A stretch of DNA of 64,000 bases from an uncultured Chloroflexia bacterium (GTDB lineage: Bacteria > Chloroflexota > UBA6077 > JACCZL01): positions 1 through 64,000 of the forward strand of contig CAVXYC010000025.1 in NCBI GenBank assembly GCA_963765765.1. Direction: 5' to 3'. Of the stretch, positions 1 through 10,154 are shown in pieces. A program made the position numbers and the translations under genes. The notes below the pieces were generated by a model. That model saw only the letters and a list, made by a program, of their open reading frames with translations, ran no database searches and was not told the DNA's origin. Numbering within the stretch: the stretch's first letter is position 1; each line of letters begins with the position of its first letter.

Positions 1-1
1 T

Positions 2-544
2 AAGCGTATCCAGCGTGTAGCTATACGTTGAGACGACGTTCAGCCGTTCCGCCACTTCTCGGGTGAACGCCCGGAATCCGCTGGGGGCATCAGCCACCTG
101 CGCTCCTGCCAGCCGCCTCACCATCCAGCTTCCGGCTCGCTGAAGTAGCTTCTTTTGTCCAGAGAAGTGGCTGATCTGGTCGGTCTGACGGTCAGCCACC
201 ACCATGTCCGCCTCGCCGCGAAGAATCGGCTCGATCAGCCTCGGAATCTCCGCCTGCGGATACTGGTTATCGCCATCGGTGTTGACGATGATGTCCGCCC
301 CAAGCTGGAGACAGGTATCCAGTCCGGTCTGGAATGTGGCTGCGAGTCCTCGATTACCTCGGTGGGAGACGATGTAGTCGACACCAATCTCGCGTGCCAC
401 CTCTACGGTGCGGTCACTCGACCCGTCATTGATGACCAGAATCCGTACTTCGTCCACGCCCGGAATCTCGCGCGGGATCGAGCTGACCACCAGCGGTAAG
501 GTGGCTTCCTCGTTGTAACAGGGGATCTGGATGAAGAGTTTCAT
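2..544 (-). CDS. Glycosyltransferase family 2 (partial, runs off the window start)
   Basis: Manual translation from ATG at 544: MKLFIQIPCYNEEATLP...INDGSSDRT...NRGLA...VNTDGDNQY...DAPSGFRAF. These are GT2/DPM-synthase-like motifs. Not in the ORF track. Confidence 0.9.
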   Translation of the reverse strand, partial: MKLFIQIPCYNEEATLPLVVSSIPREIPGVDEVRILVINDGSSDRTVEVAREIGVDYIVSHRGNRGLAATFQTGLDTCLQLGADIIVNTDGDNQYPQAEIPRLIEPILRGEADMVVADRQTDQISHFSGQKKLLQRAGSWMVRRLAGAQVADAPSGFRAFTREVAERLNVVSTYSYTLDTL

Positions 545-610
545 GGGAGGCGATCGTCGCGGTCAGACGATCAGCGATTTAGAATGACGATGCGCTCGTG
601 GCTGCCGAAC

Positions 611-2622
611 TCAGCCTCTGAGCTGCTCCTTGGTCCGTCTCGATTCGGGATGGTCGGCACCGTACGGCAGCTCCCGAGATCGAGCCCACTCGAGAATCGA
701 ATCTCGGTCCGGACATTGTCCCTCATACGGGACCAGGGCAGTCAAGCAGCGCGCCATGAGCTGCGCCGAGCCCTCCAGGACAATGGCGGACGCATTCACC
801 TCCTGCCGATACATCAACGAAATCTTGCACGCATCGACGCGCGGCCGAGCCCAATCGCCCTCGACACGCTGAACAACGAGTCCGACTTCTCCCGGATAGT
901 TCACCAGTGCGCCGCCGTGCTCGAGGTTCACATTGATGCTGGGCACGTGAAACCGAAGGACAAGGTGATGGATTCCCGAGCCGAGAATCCGATCGTCAAC
1001 GAGCCATCTGCCCTGCCGCCTATCGAACACGATCCATCGTTCGTGCGTAACTCCCAGGCCTGAAAGCTCATATGATCCGCCGAAGACATCGGTATCCACG
1101 GTCGTTTCCCAGAGCAAGAGACGAGGGTCGGAGGACGGCTCAAAGCTCCAGAGATCAACGGGCCTTGGCGTCTCTCGATCGTCAACCGCGAGCGTGTTGT
1201 GCTGGGCGACGCTTCGATACCTTCGGCGAGCAGCAGGATCGCCCGAGTAGGAGAATGTGCCTCCGTCCACAATGAGAGGCTGACCCAGAGCGAAGCAGTC
1301 GAAGCTGAGTGCATCCGCGTGGCCGTGGCCGCCGCGCCCCAGCGAGCCGACATTTCCGCAATCGATGGTCAGGTGGTGCGCGTCGTCCTGAAGCACGTAC
1401 ACGCCGCCTTGCGGGAACGCCCGTGAGTCGCGAGTCGAACCTGGGACATCGCCGAGGGACTTATCTTCGCCAAGAAGCCACAGGATATCTGCCTGACCAT
1501 TGCGACCTGCGTGCGCCAGGTCCGGCCGCTTGAAGAGCGCTCCCCCCAGCGCCAGCAAATGCAGGTGCGAGCGCGGGGGTCGGGGGCCGAGTGGCAGAAT
1601 GTGACCGTCATCGACGTCACCAATGGGCGGATACGAGCCATCGGACCGACTAACGGCCAGCGTTACATCCAGCGCCCGTTCCATGCGGTCCAGGCTGACT
1701 GCGCACAGGGACTGCTCAGACCTTCTTAGCGCCACCTCAGCGAGCAGGGCCATCTCGAGTGCGAGGCCGTGGTAGGCCACACTGCCTTCGTAATTCACTC
1801 CATCAGCGTAGAACTGCCGCGGGATCTCGGTGTTCATGATCTGCTGTCCACGACAAAGCCACCCCTGACCCACACCAGAATTTCGGAATACGCTACCTAG
1901 CACGATGAGCCCGAGCGCATTGGCAAGGTAATGATTGCCGCTGTGCTCCTCATGCTCCAGATGTCGAGCGATGTGGCGGCCGTGTGCCAACAAGCTTGTG
2001 ATGATTCGCGACCTTGCGCGCCTCAGTAAGAGCTTCGGCACTACCAACCACTTCAAGAAGCCATGACCAGACCACGCTTCGGATGCCAACTTCCATGCTG
2101 CTCGTCCAGTTAATGCCTAGCTCGGGTGGATTCCTCTCGATCCAGTTATCCATTTGGGCGAGACAGGCGTCGGCATATCGATCCTGTTCGCTGAGGACGT
2201 ACGCCTGTGCAACAGGAATGAGGTACTGACACCGATTGATCTCCCAAACAATCGCGGGCGTCCGAGGGGCGGCTCAAGTCAAGCACGTCGATTCTAGAGT
2301 GGTGGACGAATGGCCAGGTGAGCTTGCTAGCCGGATCTTGTAACCAGTTCGGAGCCGTTCCTTCGAAAGGCACGTTCATTCCGAAGATCGGCAGCACGCC
2401 CTCGATGATCTGATTGGCGGACTCAAGGCAGCGCGCCCGTTCGCTTTCACCGATGGCCGAGGCGGCCGGCGGGTTCCACACGGGGGCTATCGGTGAGACC
2501 GGTACGGAGCCGTTCGAAAGGCGCTGTTCGGCGAGCGACCAGAAGCGACTCCGCAGCTTGTCCATCACCACGGACGACGGAGAGGAGACGAGCCTTCGGA
2601 CGGAGGCAACCGCGGATTGCAT
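611..2622 (-). CDS. Heparinase II/III family protein (frameshifted; pieces 2146-2622 and 611-2089)
   Basis: NHYLANALGL, DGVNYEGSVAYH, GHGHADALSF, DGGTFSY and QHNTL motifs. The N-terminal piece has NWLQDP...WP. Adjacent to a GT2 gene. Confidence 0.85.
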
Positions 2623-2636
2623 GTGCTCGGGATGGG

Positions 2637-3314
2637 TCAGTGACGGCGAAAGATTGGAATCAGGGCGATGCCTGCGAGGAACCCGCCGATATGCGCCCAG
2701 ACGGCAACTCCGGAGGTCTGCTCAGTGGGCGCTCCGAACGAGGCGAGGCCGGCGAAGGCCTGGGTGAGAAACCAGAAGCCGATCATGAAGATAGCCGAGA
2801 TGCGCGGCAGCAAGATGAACGGCCCGAGGAATACCAACGTTCGAATCGTTGCTCCCGGGAACATCACCAGGTAGGCGCCCAGCAGGCCAGCGATCGCACC
2901 ACTCGCGCCGACGGACGGAATGTTGGAGCCCGTATTCATAAAGATGTGTGTGAGGCTCGCTATCACGCCGCAGACCAGATAGAAGATCAGAAAGCCCATA
3001 TGGCCGAACTGGTCTTCTACGTTGTCGCCGAAGACCCAGAGGTAGAGCATGTTAGAGGCGATGTGGAGAAAGCCTCCATGCATGAACATGGATGTGAAGA
3101 GCGTCACGTAAATCACCCCGCCTGGTGCAGGCGCGCGCAGATCGCGACCGGTCAGATACTCAGTCGGAATGACTCCCGCGGAGTAAAAAAACTGCTCGAG
3201 GCCGCGATCGCCCAGCGAAAGCTCGTAGATGAAGACGGCAATGTTCGCCACAAGGATGGCGAACATCACGACGGGAGTGCGTCTTCGGACTGGGTCGTCG
3301 CTGAGAGGAATCAC
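2637..3314 (-). CDS. Rhomboid family intramembrane serine protease
   Basis: SMFMHGGFLHIASNMLYLWVFG, catalytic GASG, VAVWAHIGGF. Confidence 0.95.
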   Translation of the reverse strand: MIPLSDDPVRRRTPVVMFAILVANIAVFIYELSLGDRGLEQFFYSAGVIPTEYLTGRDLRAPAPGGVIYVTLFTSMFMHGGFLHIASNMLYLWVFGDNVEDQFGHMGFLIFYLVCGVIASLTHIFMNTGSNIPSVGASGAIAGLLGAYLVMFPGATIRTLVFLGPFILLPRISAIFMIGFWFLTQAFAGLASFGAPTEQTSGVAVWAHIGGFLAGIALIPIFRRH

Positions 3315-3414
3315 ACTACGAGCTCAATTTGAGTGTAGCAGTCAGTCAGACTCAAGCGGGCCAATGGGCAGAAGGCTTCCGTCTCCTCTGTCCCCAAGTT
3401 CCCAAAAGCAATCT

Positions 3415-4230
3415 CTATGGTGCCGGGAACATCTGCCCCCACGCGGACGCACGGAAGCGCGAGCCGCCCACGCTGACCCGGCCGGCTTGCTCCAGCTCGT
3501 CGATGCTGGCTCGCCCATAGAACCAGCGCAGGAGAGCCGCTGCGTCTCCAGAGATCACTGGATCACCGTCGGCGGGCCGCCGACTCATTGCCACCCCCGC
3601 GTCGTCTGGCTCCACCAGCCAGGTACCATCCTCCACGTCCGTGGCTCGAATCACCCAATGGCCATAGCTCGCCGGGCTGGGCTTGTGGAACGTTTTTACA
3701 TTGCGTTCGAGAACCGCCGGGAAGAGGTATGTCGCTACTCCGGAATCGATCTCCTTTTCCCGCCCCAGGGATCGATGTAGGTCCCAATCGTGAAAAGCTA
3801 GCTCCGCGAGTCGCTGGTCGCCGAACCACCAGAGCGGCTGCAAAGCCCACGGATGTCGCCCATGTCGTGAGAGCTCATCCTCGGAAAGACCGGCCAGGAG
3901 GGAACGATACTCCTGCTGGTTCTTTTGAAATGTGGAGAGAAGGTCGGCGCTGCTCAAGCGTTGCCAGCTCTGCCATGGCGACGCTGACGCTCTTCGGCAG
4001 ATCTGAGTGATGTCAGTGATGCCCTTGAGGCCGTTCTTCACGATGTTCATGAAGGACTCCGCACCGCGGGTCATGTGAGCTATGAGCATCGTCACATCCC
4101 ACGGCGGACAATTGGTTGGCGTCTGCCATCCAGCCTGATCGAGCTTCTCCGTCGTTCCTACGATGCCGGCTGCCACGGTGTCCTGGTGCCGTAATCCTTC
4201 GTCTCGATGCCTGACTACATCGTCACTCAT
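3415..4230 (-). CDS. Maleylpyruvate isomerase (MDMPI/DinB-like) family protein with SCP2-like C-terminus
   Basis: WQTPTNCPPWDVTMLIAHM and RLAELAFHDWDL motifs, with C-terminal ISGDAAALLRWFYGR. Confidence 0.8.
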   Translation of the reverse strand: MSDDVVRHRDEGLRHQDTVAAGIVGTTEKLDQAGWQTPTNCPPWDVTMLIAHMTRGAESFMNIVKNGLKGITDITQICRRASASPWQSWQRLSSADLLSTFQKNQQEYRSLLAGLSEDELSRHGRHPWALQPLWWFGDQRLAELAFHDWDLHRSLGREKEIDSGVATYLFPAVLERNVKTFHKPSPASYGHWVIRATDVEDGTWLVEPDDAGVAMSRRPADGDPVISGDAAALLRWFYGRASIDELEQAGRVSVGGSRFRASAWGQMFPAP

Positions 4231-4262
4231 TCCGTCCTCCAGCTTCGCGGGAGACTAGCATA

Positions 4263-4362
4263 GTCAGGGGTCAGGGGTCAGGGGTCAGGGGTCAGGGGTC
4301 AGGGGTCAGGGGTCAGGGGTCAGGGGTCAGGGGTCAGGGGTCAGGGGTCAGGGGTCAGGGTC
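4263..4362 (+). repeat. Perfect heptamer tandem repeat (TCAGGGG)x13 plus a partial copy
   Basis: Read directly: 13 full units from 4264 to 4354, intergenic. Confidence 0.98.
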
Positions 4363-4378
4363 GACTCCCAAGGCTCAC

Positions 4379-6363
4379 TCACGTGCAGTTTGCGTTTCTT
4401 TGCATCATCACGAACGGCGGGAAGTCCTGCACGGGAGTGAAGCAGTACCAGATGTGGTCATTCAATGTCTTGTATGCCACCTGGGTTCCCCAATCCACGA
4501 CGCCCAGGTGATCCCAGACTACGAGGTTCACTTCGGCGAGCTCATCGATCATTTGAACCTGCTCTGCTTCATTGGCCACACCAGGTTGAAGGTGGTTATA
4601 GCGAGTGGGATTGGGTCGGTCAGCCAGGAAATAAAACATCGGCGCAACGGGGAATACGAAGATTGGCTCTCCCGGAGCCGTGTGAGAATCAATGTAATCG
4701 ACGACGCCTTGATAGCTTTTCGCGGCATGCGCGGGAAGAAGCACAGGGGCGCGTGGCATATTCAGCGACACGTATTCGTGGTTGTGAGGATTTGCCCCAT
4801 CGGGAACGATGAATGCCACTGCCCGCCAGGTCAGCGTGGACGAGATGGACACGACAGGGAGCCCAATGATGGCTGCCAGCACGAGAAATCGAGTGATTGA
4901 CCATGGAGGCGCCGCACGCCATGCCGTGGCCGCAAGGCCAGTGGCAGCGACAAACAGCGGCAGAGCGGCATGGAGCAGATGTATCTCGTCTACTCGCGGA
5001 AACTGCGCAAACATGAAAATCACGCCGCTAAAGAGATACCAGCGCCAGCGGACTGCGGCCCTGAGCCCTGACTGACTGCCGCCGCCACAAGCATGCCCAG
5101 GGTGGGCCAGAACACCAGCGTTGGCAAGTACAGTAGCTGATTGCCGACATTGATGTTAAGCGTGTTCAGAAGGTCGACGATTGGCACATCGAGAATGTCG
5201 TCACGAAAGGGATCGGGGGTAAGAATGCGGCACATTAAGCGCTACGAGGGTGGCCGCCACAAACGTGCCTACCAGCACCACCGTTCGATGCCATATGGTC
5301 GATGGACCGCGAGGGCGAGTAGAACCGTTCCGAGGCCAATGACCACGACAGGAAATATGGGCGAAGGCGGCAGCAGTGGAAAAATCAGCGCAGTCGTGTT
5401 GACGCGTCCCACGAATAGGTTCCACGGCGTGCCACGCACTCCCAGTGCCATTACCAGCGGCAAGATCCAGAGCAACGTGGTAAGCCCGAATGCCCCCAGG
5501 AATACCGCCTGGTGCTGAATGAACTCGGCTGAGGAAACAGAAGCGCTGCTCTTCCGAAAGCTATCGATCAGCATCAGACCGCACACCGTGAAGAGCGGTA
5601 TGAGAAACACAATGAAGTACAGCGGGTCGAGTGAATTGAGCAGCAACGCCGTGAACGCGAAGCAGATTCCAAGCGCCACGGCCGTTCGTCCAGGACCAGT
5701 AAGCCAGCCTGGCAGTCGAGGTCGCTCGTGCAGTGCCAGGAATCCGCAGACCGAGAAGACGGCGAACACGCCGATGTTCTGCTTGAACGCAAATGTGATA
5801 CCCGCGAATACGCCGGCCACCGCCAGGGTCCAGAGTCGCGGACGCTCCAGAAAAAGCGCCATTGACCAGAGCACCACGAGCGACGTGAGATTGGCGTACG
5901 TGCCAGGATGCGGCTCCCACATGACTGGCAACGGGTCCACCGCCATAACCACCAGCGCCGGAATGACTGCTATGGGTGGCGGTGATAGGGGTCGCGCCAG
6001 AACGTACAAGAGCACCGCGATAAGCGTGCGAACCACCGCCAGCACGAGCCGAACGGGAATGACGCTCTGCTCGCCGGTGATCCAAAACGTGAATGCGTGG
6101 AGATACACGACCGCTGGCGTGTAGTACGTATCGAAATCACGATACGGAAGCTGGCCGTGAAGAACCCGCGACGCCTGCTCCAGAAAGTAGCCCTCATCGA
6201 TGAGGTCCAGCCAGATATAGGCAAGCCAGTTGTAGGCCAGGAGCAGCGCGAGAGCGACCACCGCCACGGCGATGGCCTCGCCGTGGCCCAGCCCCTTCCA
6301 GACAAGCGCCTTCACCGGCGCGTCGGAAGGCGCGGGGTCAGTTTGAGCATTTGAATTGGTCAC
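4379..6363 (-). CDS. Polytopic GT-C/ArnT-PMT-like membrane glycosyltransferase (frameshifted; pieces 5269-6363, 5020-5235, 4379-5023)
   Basis: N-terminal DEGYFLEQASRVLHGQLPYRDF, many TM helices, FKQNIG, and C-terminal YIDSHTAPGEPIFVFP...YFLADRPNPTRY. Confidence 0.75.
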
Positions 6364-6768
6364 GCGTGGCTCGTGGCTGCAGAGTGTCCCGTCGAGATGG
6401 CGAGCCCGTGGGGCTTAACCCAGCACTTCACGCGGCGGCAACGCGGTTCGCGGGCGTCGTTGCCCGCTGAAAGCGGAAGTTCGCGACATCATACCCGACG
6501 AACGAATAGGGAAGATAGTGAAGAATGCCCAAATGACGTTTCCCACCTCGATGGAGCATTGCTGGCAATGTGTAGCGCGCCCTTAGCATCCCGCGTGCCA
6601 CTCAATGATGCCAATGACAATGCGCACTTAATTCACGCTATCTCCGGTGCACAGAGGCAGTGCTGAGTGCCGATGAAGCTGCCCCCTGGCGATTCGCCCG
6701 GTCTGGGCACGGTGGTACTATTGGCCCGGTTCAGTCTTCGACATCCAATCCATTGAGGCCGCCCTCGT

Positions 6769-7645
6769 ATGAAGCCCGCGAAGTTCGAATATATTGCGCC
6801 TCGTACAACCGCGGAAGCACTCTCTGCGCTGGCTGAGTACGGTGACGGCGCCAAGGTTCTGGCCGGCGGGCAGAGCCTGGTTCCGCTCATGAACATGCGT
6901 CTTGCCCGACCCGAGGTGATCGTCGACATCAACGAAGTCGCCGAGCTGGATTACGTTCGCGGAAGCGATGTTGGTGGCCTGGTGATCGGCTCGCTGACCC
7001 GACAACGGCAACTGGAGCGTGAGGCGGTAGTGCGCGATCAGTTCCCCGTGCTCACTGAGGCCGCGGAGCTCATTGGACACTTCCAGATTCGAAATCGCGG
7101 CACAATCGGAGGAAGTCTTGCGCACTCCGACCCCGCGGCAGAGCTGCCCGCCGTCATGACAGCGATGGACGCCGAATTCGTGATCGCCGTCGAGTACGGG
7201 AACACGCACCGTCACTCCGTCCGAATTTTTCGTGACGTATCTCACCACTGCGTTGGAGCCGAACGAGCTGCTCACCGAGATTCGAGTGCCGGCGTTGCCA
7301 GCCGGCACTGGCAGTCGCGTCTACGAGGTCAGCCGTCGGCACGGTGACTTTGCATTGGTTGGCGCGGTCACGCTGCTCGAGCCGGGCGCAGGCGGAACAA
7401 TAGGCAAGGCCCGCATCGCGCTCTTTGGCGTGAATCCAACACCCGTTCGTGCAACGGAAGCAGAGCAGATACTTGCCGGACAGCAGGCGTCGGAAACGCT
7501 GTTTCGCGAGGCTGGTGAGATCGCCTCACGCGATCTGGACCCCGATGGCGATATTCACGCGTCCGCTGAGTACCGAAAAGAAGTCGCGGCTGTCGTCGTG
7601 CGACGCGCGCTGGTCTCCGCCGCCGAGCGTATGGGAGTTTCCTGA
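6769..7645 (+). CDS. Xanthine dehydrogenase/CoxM-like FAD-binding subunit (frameshift near 7200-7230)
   Basis: MKPAKFEY, LAGGQSLVPLMNMRLARP, QIRNRGTIGGSLAHSDPAAE, RRHGDFALV, DIHASAEYR. Confidence 0.92.
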
Positions 7646-7648
7646 CAC

Positions 7649-8142
7649 ATGGCAGAGCCACGCGACTATTGCGCTGACCGTCAACGGTAAGAAGATGAGC
7701 GGGCAAGCGGAGCCGCGCAAGCTGTTATCGGACTTCATCCGAGAGGACCTTGGACCTTACGGGCACGCACGTGGGCTGCGAGCACGGAGTGTGCGGCGCG
7801 TGCACTGTTCTATTGGATGGCGAGGCGGTCCGCTCCTGTTTGATGTTCGCCGTTCAGGTGGATGGCAAATCGCTCGAGACGGTGGAAGGCCTGGCTCCCG
7901 ACGTGGAGCATCTCCACCCAATCCAGCAGGCCTTCTGGGACTGTCACGGTCTGCAGTGCGGCTACTGCACGCCGGGCTTCCTGATGACGCTCGTCCAATT
8001 TCTGAAAGAGAATCCCAACCCCACCGAGCGTGAAGTGCGCGTTGGCATCACCGGCAATCTCTGCCGCTGCACTGGCTACCAGAATATCGTGAAGGCGACT
8101 CTGCTCGCGGCGGAGCGGATGCGGGGCGAGGCGAGCGATTAA
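7649..8142 (+). CDS. (2Fe-2S)-binding small subunit, CoxS-like (frameshifted near the 5' end)
   Basis: [19 protein letters not shown], then [26 protein letters not shown] and GNLCRCTGY. Confidence 0.92.
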
Positions 8143-8371
8143 AAGCGCTCGTCGAAGCGAGCTTCCAGGAGCCGCGTCCCAAGTCTGACGATCCCGTGAC
8201 TCTGACGAGTAGCGCGAGAGTCCCTGCCCGCTGCACGGCCGTGAAGGTCGTGCCTCGAGCTCCCAGCCGAGAGCTGGGAACTAGATTGGGCGCGTAGGAG
8301 CGCCGGCTCTACGGCCTGAAACCGAGGACTGGACGCGCTCATGAGAATGAGAACCCTGGACCATCCCATCC

Positions 8372-8512
8372 GGCGGCAACTCGCTTCGTCGTCTTGAAGA
8401 TCCTCGCCTTTTTATAGCTAAGGCCAGTGTTCTCGACGATCTCCCAGGCGAGAACGTTCTCCGGATAGCGTTCTTGTGCTCGCCGCACGCGCACGCTCGT
8501 ATCGTCTCGAGC
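8372..8512 (+). pseudogene. Decayed N-terminal remnant of a molybdopterin large subunit (CoxL/XdhB-like)
   Basis: Translates GGNSLRRLEDPRLFIAKASVLDDL...AFLCSPHAHARIVS, matching the start of the intact 12997 gene (GASMPRLEDPRFLRG...ILRSPHGHARIRS), then diverges. Confidence 0.75.
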
Positions 8513-8684
8513 GGCAATGTAATCGTTGACGCTTTAAGACCCTGCCGTGGAGCTCGGCCGACTACGGCTCAGCATCGGTCGCGTTCACCGCGCGCTAATC
8601 TCACGTCAGGCCACCTGTTTCCCAGCAGTAACTGCTGAGCTCTGAGGACCCCTGGCTCGCTGTACTTCCCGACAGTACTTAGCA

Positions 8685-8713
8685 TTGACTCCACACAGAC
8701 ATTAGCCTATGAT
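8685..8713 (+). promoter_or_regulatory. Sigma70-type promoter upstream of the iron ABC operon
   Basis: TTGACT (8685-8690), 17 bp spacer, TATGAT (8708-8713). Confidence 0.6.
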
Positions 8714-8788
8714 CACGACACTGTTGATAGTGTGCGTAGGCAGGCTCGAAGGCTGCCGCGCTCGATTCTCTCATGAGGAGCATAAGCT

Positions 8789-9832
8789 GTGGTTCGTCGA
8801 TATCGTCTCCAGGTCCTTTCCCTTTTCGCCGCGATGGTGGTCGCACTCGGCGTGGTGCCGACCGTGGCGAGAGCCCAGGCCCAGGTTGTCAACGTCTACT
8901 CCGCGCGTCACTACGACACTGACGATCAAATCTTCAGCACGTTCACGGCGCAAACGGGCATCCAGGTTAATCTGATCGAAGGCACCGACGACCAGATCAT
9001 CGATCGAATCCGGTCTGAGGGTGAGAACAGCCCGGCCGACCTTCTCATCACGGTAGATGCAGGCCGACTCTGGCGCGCCGACCAGGCCGGTCTTTTCGCC
9101 TGCACTCAATCTGACGTCATTAACGCACGCATCCCAGCGAACCTGCGCCATCCAGACGGCTGTTGGACCGGTCTCGCCCGCCGAGCGCGCGTCATTATGT
9201 ACTCGGCAGATCGTGTTGATCCGTCCGAGCTGTCAACGTACGAGGACCTGGCCGATTCCCGCTGGAAGGGGCGCATTCTGGTTCGCTCCTCGTCCCACAT
9301 TTATAACCAGTCGCTTGTCGGCTCCATGATCGCGGCCAACGGCGCTGAGGCAACGGAGAGCTGGGCGCGGGCATTCGCGAGCAACTTTGCGCGTACTCCG
9401 CAGGGCGGCGACGCGGATCAGCTCAAGGCGATAGCCGCGGGTGTTGGGGACATCGCTCTCACGAACACCTACTACCTCGCCCGTATGGCCACGTCCACCG
9501 ACCCGGTCGATCAGGAGACGTTCCAGAAGGTCCGTCCCTTCTTCCCGAATCAGGGGGATAGGGGCACGCACGTGAACGTCAGCGGGGGCGGCGTGATCCG
9601 AACGGCGCCAAACGCGGCAAATGCCATGGCCTTTCTGGAATACCTTACAGGCGACAGCGTGCAAACCATCTTTGCGTTGGGAAGCAACGAGTATCCGGCA
9701 GTCCCGGGCGCCACGACGAATCCCGTACTCGAAGCGTGGGGCACGTTCCAGGGCGATGAGCTGAACGCGTCGATCCTCGGGGTCAACAATCCGATGGCGG
9801 TGATGATCATGGATCGCGCTGGCTGGCGATAG
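8789..9832 (+). CDS. futA: Fe(3+) ABC transporter substrate-binding protein (FutA/FbpA type)
   Basis: Signal peptide, VNVYSARHY, SPADLLITVDAGRL, RSSSHIYNQSL, iron-binding NTYY, GTHVNVSG. Confidence 0.92.
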   Translation: MVRRYRLQVLSLFAAMVVALGVVPTVARAQAQVVNVYSARHYDTDDQIFSTFTAQTGIQVNLIEGTDDQIIDRIRSEGENSPADLLITVDAGRLWRADQAGLFACTQSDVINARIPANLRHPDGCWTGLARRARVIMYSADRVDPSELSTYEDLADSRWKGRILVRSSSHIYNQSLVGSMIAANGAEATESWARAFASNFARTPQGGDADQLKAIAAGVGDIALTNTYYLARMATSTDPVDQETFQKVRPFFPNQGDRGTHVNVSGGGVIRTAPNAANAMAFLEYLTGDSVQTIFALGSNEYPAVPGATTNPVLEAWGTFQGDELNASILGVNNPMAVMIMDRAGWR

Positions 9833-9846
9833 ATTCTCGACTGCAT

Positions 9847-9888
9847 TGAAAGGGGGTGGGAGGGTAGTGTCCGTCCCACCCCCTTTCA
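9847..9888 (+). terminator. Strong hairpin after futA (terminator or mRNA stabiliser)
   Basis: TGAAAGGGGGTGGGA / TCCCACCCCCTTTCA form a perfect 15-bp stem. The U-tract is weak. Confidence 0.65.
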
Positions 9889-9912
9889 TTCCCTTCATTC
9901 CACAGCATCCCC

Positions 9913-10000
9913 GTCATCCTGAACGCGGTGAAGGGTCTTCCCTGATCAAGCCGATCACGCAGGCCTCGTCGCACGCAGACCCCACTCCGTTCAGGACGAC
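9913..10000. repeat. REP-like palindromic element
   Basis: Ends GTCATCCTGAACG and CGTTCAGGACGAC are inverted repeats (12/13). Confidence 0.6.
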
Positions 10001-10154
10001 AATGACGTGATGAGTGGACGGATTACGGAGAGTCCAGGGAACACATTTCGGGAAGCTCTGACGCACGCCGTTGACCAGACCGCCTTCCTCACTTGCCCGT
10101 CCGTCTCAGTAGACTACTGCTCAGCATGATTTCGATTGACGAGCTCGGGCGGAC

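Noticed and set aside
4263-4362. CRISPR array or telomere-like repeat
   Set aside because: These are contiguous 7-mers with no spacers, in an internal intergenic position, and there are no cas genes in the window.
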